From Octopus sinensis (taxonomy: Eukaryota), in NCBI RefSeq assembly GCF_006345805.1, contig NC_043004.1, forward strand, positions 25,978,001 through 26,042,000: a DNA stretch of 64,000 nt. The letters run 5' to 3'. Below, piece by piece: positions 27,001-40,100 of the stretch. The position numbers and the translations under genes were made by a program. Below the pieces are notes generated by a model. It saw only the letters and a list, made by a program, of their open reading frames with translations, made no database searches and had not been told where the DNA came from. Position 1 is the stretch's first letter, and each line of letters begins with the position of its first letter.

Positions 27001-30000
27001 ACGGTGATTTGACGAAGATTTGGCTGCTTTTCCCGTAGGCTGAGGAATCCCATAGGGGCTGCGATCACTTCAGTACCTGTTCAGACAATGTTGATTTGAT
27101 GGATAGAGTGAGCTAATGTGTGGCATGAACATTTGATCACTATAACCAATCCATTTGTGCAGGTCATTTAGCGAAAGCTAAATTCTCATACGTCGTCTTT
27201 GATGGGAGAGTTCACCATGTATATATATGTATTTGTAGCTGTTTTAATATTAATGTGTTTAGTGATATAGATATTTATAACTGTCATAATATTGATGCCT
27301 GTACTGAAAGATGTAGTGGCTTTTTATCTGAAGTATTGTTACCTGCCTGGCTAGCAGACGAAGATAACTGATCTAACACCTTCGCTTGTTTTGGCTTAAA
27401 TTACCAAAACATCTAAGATTTCATTTTTCTTTGTTACCCTGTGCACGTAAGCAAAAGCAAGGTATTGTAGTCGCTTATCTTTGTGTGTTTGCAAAATTAC
27501 TGGAAAATGGCTGAGTGGATTTTCACCAAATTTGGCAGAAATACACATTGGGTGATTGGTTTGATAATAATTATCGTTGAAATTGATGGACGGGTGAATC
27601 AAAATTTTTTTTTCCTCTCGTTACATAGACATAAACGATAAGCAGGGGAAATAACTCTTGATGTTTTGTTCAAATGAATTTGTCTGAGAATATACAAGGT
27701 CTAATCAATAAGTATCTGAACTGTTGTTATAGTTATGAAGCTGAAGCATACAGATTGAAGCCACTTGGCACAGATTGACTGTGAATTGTGCTGTGCATTC
27801 GCACTAAGTTTTAAAGTTCTAGCTCACCTCCACTGTTTACAGCGGTGCTTGGAAGGAAGGTGTGTAGCGTGTGATAGTCACATTGACCATGAAAGAGAGA
27901 GTTGAACAGAGACTGTGCATCAAATTTTTCCAAAAGCTTGGTGATATCTGCTCAGAGGCCTATGCAAAGTTTTCAAAAAGTTCTCATTGTTCTTGACACA
28001 ATCAAAGAGATCTTGTGCAACTGAAACCTGAATGTCTTATTGGTCAGCTGAAAGCAGTTTTGGTATAAACTTGGCAGATATGCTTCTCGTATCCAAATCT
28101 TCTGTGATAATGGATTGAACTGAGTCATAACTAGTCTGCACATCCTCTGATAACTCATGGATGTTGATTCGCCGATTTCTCCTCTCAGCTGCACGCACAT
28201 CTTCAATGTTTTTCTCAGTTCTGCTGGTTGCAGGTCTCCTAGAATGTTCATCAATATCGACATTTTTTGGGGCATCTTGGAAACGTCTGAACCTCTCATA
28301 CACTTGTGTGCAGCTCATACACTCTCCATACACTTTTTACAACTTTGCATAGGCTTCTGAGCAGGTATCGCCTTCACAACTTTACCTGTCATGGTCAATG
28401 TGACAATAGCATGCTACACACCTTCCTTCCAAGCACCATTGTAAATAACGGAAGTTAGCTAGAATGTTAAAACTTAGTGTGTATACACAGTAGGGTTCAA
28501 GGTCAATCTGTGCCAAACAGCTTTACTCTGCATGCTGTAGCTTCATTACTATGGCATGAGTCTGGATACTTATTGATCAGACTTTGTATTTATTAAATTA
28601 AATTTTATTTCATCCTTGTGTGCATGCAAGGTATGCATTGCCCCTCCAATACATTTATTTTTCATTCTTATACTATTTTCTTTAAATATTCAGGTTGCTC
28701 TGTGGTAAAATGGAGTTTTATGACAAGTCTTATGATCGTGTGACTACCAAAAATGAGCGGCCTTTGAAACGAATCAATCGTATTTTCCATAAAGTTACAA
28801 CAACTGATGATCCTATTATCAGACAGGTAAATAAAGAGAGACAAGTTGTGTTCTACTTCTTGTAAATTGACATCATGATTTTCTCCATCATCACTGGTAT
28901 TTGTAGTCATTACCATTTTTTATATCACCCCACATAAGGCTAACTCTTGTTCTTTGACTCATCTTTGAAAATCTTCTTTTGTAATTTTATATAAGAATGT
29001 CTTGTTAGATTGTAAATACCTTTATTTTACTAAATGCAACCAAATCTTGATTATTTTCAAAATGAAGAGAAAACTTTATGCTATGTATTTCATCTATTCT
29101 GTTCTCATGCTGTGAGTACAGTGGAAGCTTCTTAGTAACATGTTTCTTCCTCTCTCAAACTTTCTCAGGTTCTGTGTTGTGCATTGTTGATGTCTATATA
29201 ACTTTTATATGTGACTATACAGTTCTTGACTCATCATATAGAAAAGTTCCAGCAAAGCAAACACCTAGAAACTATTTGTGATGTTAGGAAGACGAAGGTG
29301 GCAAGGTGTCATCTTCTCAGTCATCTCCTATCATCAAGGATGATGTACTTATATGAAAATTTGTATTATATATTTAAAATGATGTTGCACACTATTATCT
29401 GCATTGTTGATAAGAGGATGAATATATATATAGACATGTATATTGTTTCTAAACTGAGGGATACAGGGTCTGTTCAAGACAGACCAACATGTATATATAA
29501 CCCCATTATCAAAGTTAGCTCTGAACTTAATTGTGGCAGAGGGTGATCTTAATCACTTTTGTTGAAGCTTTGCAAATACTTTGTCATATTTAAGCACTGC
29601 TGCTGTTGTCATCACCACACATCATCTTTGTCTTTATTATCTGTAATAAGTATCGTGATTGAATAATCTGATAATAAAAAAATGACATGAAATGAAAACA
29701 TTTCAGATATCTTAATGAAGTTGTTAAATTTTTGTTAACCATTCTGTTAATTGCAGTATCAAAATCATTGATCACACTCTTGTCACTTGATCATTGATTT
29801 CAATGGTCAGCTCTTATATGCTGGTCAGTCTTATCCATTTGTTTATATTATGTGGTGTGTATAATGTGTATGTACTGTTATATTTGGCCATCATTATCAT
29901 TTAATGTCTGCTTTCCACACTGGCATGGGTTAGATGGTTTGATTGGAACTGGTAAGCTGGAGAGCTGCACTAGGTTCCAGTCTGATTTGGCATGGTTTCT

Positions 30001-31385
30001 ATGGCTGGATGCCCTTCCTAATGCCAACCACTCCAGGAGTGTAATGGATGCTTTTTATGTGCCACTGGTATGGGTGCCAATTATGTGACACCGGCATTGA
30101 CTACAATACGATTTCACTTAACTTTACGAGTCTTCTCAAACACAGCATATCACCAAAAGTGCCAATTACTTATTGCCTCCTTGAGGCCCAACATTTGAGG
30201 ATCATGCTTTACCACCTCGTCCTATGTCTTCTTAGGTCTACCTCTTTCACAAGTGCCCTCCACAGTTAGAGATCGACACTTCTTTATACAGCTGTCCTCG
30301 TCCATATGCATCACATGACAATACCAGCACAGTTGTCTCTTGCATACATCTCATGCTTCTTGTGCCCAGTTTTTGTCTTGAGATGCTTACACTGTTGTAC
30401 ATGCGCACTGACACTGCATGTCCAGTGAAGCATACTAGCTTCATTTCTTTCAAGTCTTCGCATGTCCTCTGTGGTTACAGCCCACATTTCATTGCCATGT
30501 AGCATGGTTGTTCGCACACAAGCATCATGCAATCTACTTTTCTGAGAGAGAGGCCCTTTGTTACCAACAAAGGCAGAAACTCTCTAAACTTTGCCCACCC
30601 TATTCTTATTCTAGCAGCTATGCTCTCAGAGCATCAACCTCTGCTGTTGACTTGGTTACCTAGATAATGGAAGCTATCAACTACTTCTAGTTTTCCTCTC
30701 TGGCATTTGATGGAGTCTATTTTCTGCACATTTCTTGTGTTTATTGTACCTGTACGTCTGCCACACTGAAAGACTATTTACCCTGTTAACCTTTCTCTAA
30801 TATTGCTGCACCTCCTATGTGTTCATAACTTGCACTGGGTACATCTTATGGAGTTTCTACCTATGCCTTTTCTACAGATTGAACAGAGCCATCTGCCTGA
30901 AGGGATTTGTGATTTGTCCACTTTCCTACTTACTAAGACTGGTTTTTGCTAAATTAATTCTAAGACTCTTTGATTCTAGACCTTGCTTCTACACATGAAA
31001 TTTCTTCTAGTTCTAGGAGTAATTCAGCTACATGAATAAGGTCACCAGCATTGAGGAGTTCTCATGTGCAGCCCAACTTAAATTCCTCTGTTATAGTCTG
31101 GAGGACTATGATGAACTAGATAGGGCTAAGATTGATCCTTGGTGATCCCCAACTTGTACCCTGAATTCATTGCTATACTTGTTGCTAATCCTTACCTTAC
31201 TGATAGCCTCCCTGTCAAGTAAAAGCATCCAGCACACTCTAAAGTGGTTGGCATTAGGAAGGGCATCAAGCCATAGAAACCATGCCAAATCAGACTGGAC
31301 TTTGGTGCCACCCCTCAACCTGACAGCTCTCATCACACTGTCTAACCCATGCCAGCATGGGCAACAGACAAATGATGATGATGAG

Positions 31386-31423
<38 letters not shown>

Positions 31424-31601
31424 CAACGTTTAATGTCTGTCTTTTATGCTGGCATGGGTTGGACAGTTTGACAGGAGCTAGCCAGGCAGAAGACTGCACC
31501 AGACTTCTGTGTCTGTTTCAGCAAGGTTTTTATGACTGGATGCCCTTCCTTATGCCAACTACGCAGCAGAGTGTGTGTGTGTATGTATGTATATATATAT
31601 G

Positions 31602-31650
<49 letters not shown>

Positions 31651-34079
31651 ATGTATGTGTACACACGTCTGTCTGTACATATACATGCATATGCACACAC
31701 ATTATGTGGACGATATTTTCAATCAATGCAGTACAACTGTATCTGATTCTTCAAGTACTTCAATTTATTTATTAGATTGCTGACATTTAACAATGGTTTC
31801 TCCCATTGTGTTGATTCACCATTTTCTATCATTAATAAAACTATAAGCATTTTTGATGACACGGGTATGCTAGTGTATATATAAAATATGTTGAGATCTT
31901 TGTGACTTCTAGATTTTAAAATTTGATGTATTTCATTTATCAGCTTGCCAAGAATCAGGGTAATGTTTTTGCCACTGATTCCATCCTGGCCACCCTTATG
32001 TGTAGTACTCGTTCCACCTACAGCTGGGATATCATTGTGCAGCGTGTTGGGAATAAGTTGTTCTTTGACAAGAGAGATGAATCTGAGTTTGACCTGTTAA
32101 CTGTTAGTGAAACAGCCAATGAACCACCCCAAGAAGAAGGTGCCAGCAGCATTAATTTCCCTCACAATCTGGCCCTGGAGGCTACTTTCATCAATCACAA
32201 CTTTTCTCAGCAAGTTCTGAAAATGGTAAGATTTCTTTTGATATATTAAAAGCTTTGTTTTGTTTTATTCTTTTTTTTTTTCCTCTTATAATGGCATTTT
32301 ATTGATGTTAGGTGTCTGCCTCTTCTACTGCTAGTTCCTGGAAGTATTATCAACTTGCTGACTGATGCAGACAAGGTTAAAAAAGATACTCTGTGTAGTC
32401 ATCCTGGTTTTAATTGTGGTGAATGTCTTGTATTATACTGTTATTGTTTCAGTCAGTAGATATTTGAATTGGTACCAGTAGATGTGCAATGCAGTAGTAT
32501 ATATAAATATATATTTTATGAATAAATATTTTGGTTACTTGATATGGTAGACGTTTTATACTTTAGATCTACATTACCTACGTTTAGTCAATGTAGGGGT
32601 TATTTTAAGAAATGTAGCTCAGTTAAAGGAGAATGTTATTTCCAAAAGTGTTTCAGAAGCCACTCCTAAGTTCCAGTTTTCGGTGACGTCACATTGCTCT
32701 CCATAAAAGTTCAAGCTTTACCATTTAAACTGGTCATATCAGGTCTAATATTCTACGTTTTAGGTTCAAATTGACTAGATCCAACCTCTTACACCTACCC
32801 TACAATTTCATTGTAAAAATAAACCATTACATCATTAAAATCTTGAAGCTATAAGACAATGCTTGATTAATTTAAAACAACATGAATAAATAATCATTAG
32901 ATTTGACAGACTAATCCAAATGCTAAAGGGGTTTTGAACAGTTTTAAAATGTTAACTAAGTTAAGGTGGTTGTGTCTCAGACATCAGTATCTCTGCTAAA
33001 TAGAAATAACTTGATTGGTGTGGAATGAATACTGGTTAGAAAACTGACTAGTCAGTTGATGGTGGAAGCATATCAAGGGGAAATTGGGAGTGTCAGACCA
33101 TACCTTGAGAATATTCAACATAGCAGAAGTAGGAGCTCTCTGAATTTTGCCCAGCCTATTTTTATTCTCACAGCTATGCTCTGAGTGCATCCACCTCTAT
33201 ACTAACTTAGTCACCAAGATAACAGAAGCTATTTACTACCTCTAGCTTACCATCCAGGCAGTTGATGAAATCTATTTCTGTTCATTTTCAGTGTTTATTG
33301 TACCTGTGCATCTTCCACACACAAAAGCTATTTTCCCTGCTTACGTTCCCCTGATATTGCTGCACTTCTTATACTGTCCATAGCTTATGCCAGGTATATC
33401 TTATGGAGTTTCTACCTATGCCTTTTCTATAGATCAATGAGGCCATCTACTTTAAGGGATTTGTAAAAACTTTGGTTTTTGCTAGGTTAACTTTAAGGCC
33501 CTTTGATTCTAGACCTTGCTTCTATACGTGAAACTTCTCTAGTTCTGTTTGTGATTCAGCTATAAGAACAAAGTCATCAGCATATAGTAGCTCCCAAGGG
33601 CAGCCTGTCTTAGATTCCTCTGTTATTGCCTGGAGGACTACGATGAACAAAAGGGAGCTGAGGACCAATCCTTGGTGAACCCCAACTTGTACTCTGAATT
33701 CTTTGCTGTACTAGTTGCCAATCCTTACCTTACTGATAGTGTCCCTCTACATGGCTTGTACAGTTTTTTGACAAGTGTATATTAATTACTGAATGTTAAC
33801 AACTGAATTGAATGAGTGTACAACATTTATTTCTGTATTATTTCTATGTGTTCTTGCTGTGTTGACCATTAACTATCTAGTTCTGTGCAGCTACCTTTCC
33901 TTCATGCATTACTCAGTATCTTTGATGTTCAAATGTTTTTCACTACTCATTCTCATCAAATTTCATGTATTCCATATCTGTTTCTCCACTTTAACTACTA
34001 CATAGTGTTATATTCTCTATAATTGTCAATTATTTTGTGTGTGTATATACATACATACACACACACATATCTATATATC

Positions 34080-34112
<33 letters not shown>

Positions 34113-37100
34113 GATGTTTCCTCAACAAATTATTTGCGTGCGTGTGTGTGTGTGTGTGTGTATACTGTTAAAGCTTCATCAACATTGTTTAGCTTTTATT
34201 GAGTTTATAGAAAATATTGATTTCAACCTATGCAGATGGAATACAGAATAGATTGGTAGGGAATTTATGCTGTAATAAACACAGAATGAGAATATATACT
34301 CTCTCTACTTGCCACTAGCAAATTTAACCATGATAATTCTGAGTAACAAGATAAAATTTTTGACACAAATTGGCTTCAATTTTGGTGTTGATAAATGTTG
34401 GCTAAATATAAATGTTATTTTTATATGTGTATACAGGCAAGTGAGTCTGCATTCATGAGTGTAAGGAATATGCCTACATATGTAGTGTGACATTTTGTCA
34501 CAGTTGAAAGTTTATTTTTGTATATCTCCAGGATGACAATAAATTCATCAGACTAGTTACTTTAATTTGGTTGGTAGACTGCTAGATTACCTCATTGTTA
34601 CCTCATTTTATATATATATATATATATATGATTGAGTGAAGGCGCATGACTCAGTGGTTAGAGCGTCGAGCTTACAATCGTGAAGTTGTGAGTTTGATTC
34701 CGGGACTGGGCTGCATGTTGTGTTCTTTAGCAAGACACTTTATTTCACGTTGCTCCAGTTAACTCAGCTGTTGAAATGAGTTGCAACATCACTGGTGCCA
34801 AGATGTATCGGCCTTTGCCTTTCCCTTGGATAACATCAATGGTGTGGAGAGGGGAGGCTGGTATGCATGGACGACTGCTGGCCTTCCATAAACAACCTTG
34901 CCCGGACTTGTGCCTCAGAGGGTAACTTTCTAGGTGCAATCTCATGGTCATTCATGACCGAAGGGGGTCTCCTCCCCTCATAGATGATTAATTTGTTGTT
35001 CTTTTGGAATATTTATTCTGTGTATAACTGTTATTTTGTATTGATAATATTGAAACAATGTGCAGGTTGGTAATTCTGTATTGTGTATGGTTTTATTTGT
35101 AGGGAGATGAAAAGTATGAGTTTGACAAGCCAAACCCATTTGCCGGTGAGGATGATGATAGTGTGGTTGCATCTGTTGGCTATCGGTAAGTAATCAAGAT
35201 GTATAAATGGCAACAGTTAATGATTTAACTGTGAATGATTTTATCTTTTCTACTTGTACTATTTTGATAAATCATTCAATATTATTTTAACAATTGTTGT
35301 TCTTGTTTGTCAATTCACAGCATATCTAATGTGGAGGGAATCATTTACTAATTTAGAGGCTATAGACATCACCAAACCATTATTTCTAATCTCTTAGGCC
35401 TCAAATTATCATTATTGTTGTCCATCCTGCTATTGTCAATGTGTCCCACTGACATATCTAAACCCACAAAAATAGATGCCTTTTTTGTTCACTTCTCTTT
35501 GATATCTGCTGTTGCATATCACACACACCAACAATGGCCTGACCATTTGAAAAGTGAAACTAGTTAGAAAGCAATGCCATAGAAATATATTCACAACACA
35601 TTTCAGAAATTGCGTTGTTATAATAGTAATGGAAAATTATATTGACTTACTAACTACATATGTATAGTGAACACTCTGAAAATGTTAACATTTAAAACTA
35701 AAAAGCATTGAATGATGTAGAAGGAAGTAGACATGTTATATCATCATGGCCAGCACATGATGTTGAGTGTTTGAAGTAAACAGGTGTAGAAGATTGCATC
35801 TTGGTGGACTTATCCAGTTCATGAATATAAAACATAGTAATGACAATTTAGTTGTTGCTGTGATGCTAATTAAGTTATAATTAGAGTATATTAGATGACA
35901 ATTTGCCTGAAGTCTAAATGATAATGAAGTAGTTGAATTATATTAGGTAACCTATATAAAGTAACTAGCTTGGTAATGAAGAATTAATAATATAGGAGAG
36001 ACATGTGTCCTGCCTTCTCATTTTTATATAGCTCATGTTATTAACATGAATTATATATACTCAGTTGTTAACTGAATTCTTGATTACTTAATTCAGTTAA
36101 CAAATGAATTGTGGTGATCTTCTTTACTTGAGAAGATATGACAAGCTAAGTAAAATTGTGGCCCTCCATGCATACAGGAATGTCCATTATGGTCATACCC
36201 TGACGCCCTCTCCCATCTGATAAATCTTAGTCTTGCTAGTGTTGGTACCATGTAAAATGCACTCTTGCCAGTGTTATGTAAATGTATCTATGCCAGTGGC
36301 ACATAAAATATACCCAGCACATTTGGTAAAGTGGTTGGCATTAGGAAGGGCACCCAACTGTAGGTCATGCCAAAGCAGACAATTGGAATCTCAACAGCTC
36401 TCCAGCTGGCCAGCTTCTGTCAAACTGTTCAATCCATGCTAGCAAGGAAAATGGATGTTAAATGATGATTATGAAAACACCGGTCAAGGTGTGGCTGTGT
36501 GGTAAATAGGTTGCTTTCCAACCTCATGGTTCCAGGTTCAGTCCCACTGCATGGTACCTTGGGCATGTTTTCTATTATAGCTTTGTGAGTAGCTTTTGTA
36601 GAGGGAAACTGAAAGAAGCCTATTGTGCATGTATGTGTGTGTGTATATATATATACATGTACATGTGTGTTAGTTCCTCCACCACCACTTGACAGCCGGT
36701 GTTGGTGTGTTTGCATCGCCATAACTTAGCAGTTCAGCAAAGGCGATCAAAAGAATAAGGCTTAACCTTTCGTTACCAAACCGCCCAAAACTGTCCGTAA
36801 TTACCTATTCATATTTAAATGAGAATATCAGAGCAAATCTCTTTAGTACATTCGTGAAAACACGTGATTATACTTTATAAACAGTTCATCTACAGTTTTG
36901 TACAATGATCGAAGTGTAATTTTAATTCCGGGAGATTTTTTTCCGAAATTTGTTCCTATTGTGTTTTCAAAATTTGTAATTCTGACAAAAAATCATCATC
37001 ATCATCATCATCGTCGTTTAACGTCCGTTCTCCATGCTAGCATGGGTTGGACGGTTCGACCGGGGTTCTGGGAAGCCAGAAGGCTGCACCAGGCTCCAGT

Positions 37101-40100
37101 CTAATCTGGCAATGTTTCTACAGCTGGATGCCCTTCCTAACGCCAACCACTCCGTGAGTGTAGTGGGTGCTTTTTACGTGCCACCTGCACAGGTGCCAGG
37201 AGGGGCTGGCAACGGCCACGGTCAGATTGGTGTATTTTATGTGCCACCGGCACGGAAGCCAGTCGAGGCGGTGCTGGCATCGGTCACGAGTCGGATAGTG
37301 CTTTTTACGTACCACCAGACCAGGGATCCTGGCTGGTTCAATTCGATTTCGATTTCGCTTGCCCCAACATGTCTTCACAAGCAAAGGGGGTTGGCATGGG
37401 TGCCTGTCGTACGGTCGCATTGGAGTATTTTACGTGCCATGGCCACGAGTCGGATAGTGCTTTTTACGTACCACCAGGCCAGGGATCCTGGCTGGTTCAA
37501 TTCGGTTTCGATTTCACTTGCCCCAACATGTCTTCGCAAGCATGGGGGGTTGGCATGGGTGTCTGTCGTCGGATGAGGTTCTATATCGACTTCGCTTGCC
37601 TCAACCGGTCTTTGTGTCCAAGGGAGGAAAGGCATTCATAAGTGGGCTGGGCTCACTTGTCCTGCCTGGTCTTCTCACGTACAGAATATTTCCAAAGGTC
37701 TCGGTCTCTGGTCATTTCCTCAGTGAGGCCTAAAGTTCGAAGGTCGTGCTTCACCACCTCGTCCCAGGTTTTCCTGGGTCTACCTCTTCCACGGGTTCCC
37801 TCAACTGCTAGGGATTGGCACTTTCTCACACACCTATCTTCATCCATTCTCGCCACATGACCATACCAGCGCAATCGTCTCTCTTGCACACCACAACTGA
37901 TGCTTCTTAGGTACAACATTTCTCTCAAGGTGCTAACGCTCTGTCGAGTATGTACACTGACATTACACATCCATCGGAGCATACTGGCTTCATTCCTCAC
38001 GAGCTTACGCATGTCCTCAGCAGTCACGGCCCATGTTTCGCTGCCATGTAGCATGGCTGTTCGTACACACGCATCATACAGTCTGCCTTTTACTCTGAGC
38101 GAGAGGCCTTTAGTCACCAGCAGAGGTAAGAGCTCCCTAAACTTTGCCCAGGCTATTCTTATTCTAGCAGTTACACTTTCAGCGCACCCACCCCCACTAC
38201 TGACTTGGTCACCTAGATAACGGAAGCTATCAACTACTTCTAGTTTTTCCCCCTGGAAAGTGACGGAAGTTGTTTTCTGCAGATTTTCGGAGGTTAATGC
38301 TCCCGAGCATCTGCCACATACAAAAACTATCTTCCCAGTTAGCCTACCTTTGACATTGCTGCACCTCTTATGTGTCCATAGCTTACACTGGGTACATCTT
38401 ATAGAGTTTCTACCTACACCTTTTCTACAGATCGAGCAGGGCCATCTTCCTGAAGATATTTGTGGATTGTCTACCTTTCTACTTATTAGTACTTTGGTTT
38501 TAGCTAGGTTGACTCTAAGGCCCCTTGATTCTAAACCCTCCTTCCACACCTGGAACTTCTCCTCCAGTTCTGATAGTGACTCAGCAATAAGAGCAAGGTC
38601 GTCAGCGTAGAGGAGCTCCCAGGGACAGCCTGTCTTGAATTCCTGGATACGAATTTCATTATATCAAGCAGCGAGTCAGAATTCGAAGGATTTTCTACTG
38701 AAGACCTTGATAAATCTAACTCTATGACTGAAAAAAAAAAAGCACATGGTATTTGATAATGAATCTGATGTTTCATTTTCCGAAAGTGAATCTGAGAGCT
38801 CCGACAGCAATAAAGAAAATGAATTGGCACCTGAATGGAGTGAAAATTTAAAAACTGTTTCTTTCAGTGATTTTTCTGAAGAAACTGGACCAAGCCACAA
38901 TCTTTCCCAGGAGAGTAAAGCCTTAGACTATTTCTTTTTTACTTTTTCGAATGAGCCTATTTGAAATCATTACGGCGGAAACGAACCGTTACGCTAAATG
39001 TAAACAAAGCGAAAGAAAGGATAGTTTGTTGTTTCCCACAATCTTAAAAAAGAAATAGTGGGTTGATTCATTCATTCAACTAAAAAAAAAAAAAAATTCA
39101 GGGCAGTGCCTCAGCATGGCTACAGTCTAATGACTGAAACAGGTAAAAGTAAAAGAAAAAAAAAATATATATATATATATATTTGAAGATGTCTTATTAC
39201 AGTGTTTAGATTTCTTTCTCTATGTTCTTTTAGGGTGAATGAATTGTGTAAAAATCATGTGCTTGGATGGATTTGGTTGATTATTATTATTATTATTATT
39301 CTCCTTCTCAGAGAACTCATTAACAGCAATAGTGTGTATAACAGTCCCAATAAAATTTTCTGTTTTTGTTTCCAGGTACCGCAAATATAACCTGGGTAAT
39401 GATATTGAACTTATTGTACGCTGTGAGCATGATGCAGTCATGTATGGACCGAATGGGGATTTACAATTCATTAACATCAAGACTTTGAACGAGTGGGACG
39501 CCAGGGTAAATTTATTTCAGTTTATAGCTAGATGTTCTTCCATATTGTTTTTAAAATCTTTTCATGGATATTTATGGCTGAATATGTTTGTTAGCCAACC
39601 AATCACATTTAAACAAACATCATTCTGTACATTGCACAGGAACAAACTATTGACTAAAGCATGATTTGAACCCATGTACTCAGATATTGTGTTGGTGTCA
39701 TCAGTATCATCATTTTAACATCACTATCCATTCCGACATGGACAAGATAGTTTATTGACGTGGATTTTTTTATGGTCAGATGCCTTTTCTGTTATGAACC
39801 TTCACTTATTTTCAAGCAAAGTAATATTTTCCAAAGGCCAAACATACCTCTGCAGAATATTGGAAATGAATGACATTCATTTCCAACAATCGTGTGGTGT
39901 CAAACCAAGGAGACACAAATATACACACACTCACACATGATGGGCTTTTAAAAATTTTTCTCTACCAAAGTCACTTAAAACTTTGGCTGGGCTGGGGATT
40001 TAATAGAAGACACTTGCTTAGGTGCCACTCTATGGGACTGAATCTGAAACCATGTGGTTGGGAAGTGAACTTCTTAACCATACAGCTATGCCTGCAACTT

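Noticed and set aside
32155-32165. Phe in exon 8 NFP (Ser recalled in human NSP) as an editing-corrected codon
   Set aside because: TTC to TCC cannot arise by A-to-I editing, and the position is variable among eukaryotes
34640-34715. tRNA-like sequence
   Set aside because: B box is mutated, the cloverleaf is poor, and it continues into a SINE body
37034-37576. 180-aa plus-strand ORF with an internal repeat
   Set aside because: Antisense reading of the RTE 3'UTR; the repeat reflects the 159-nt duplication
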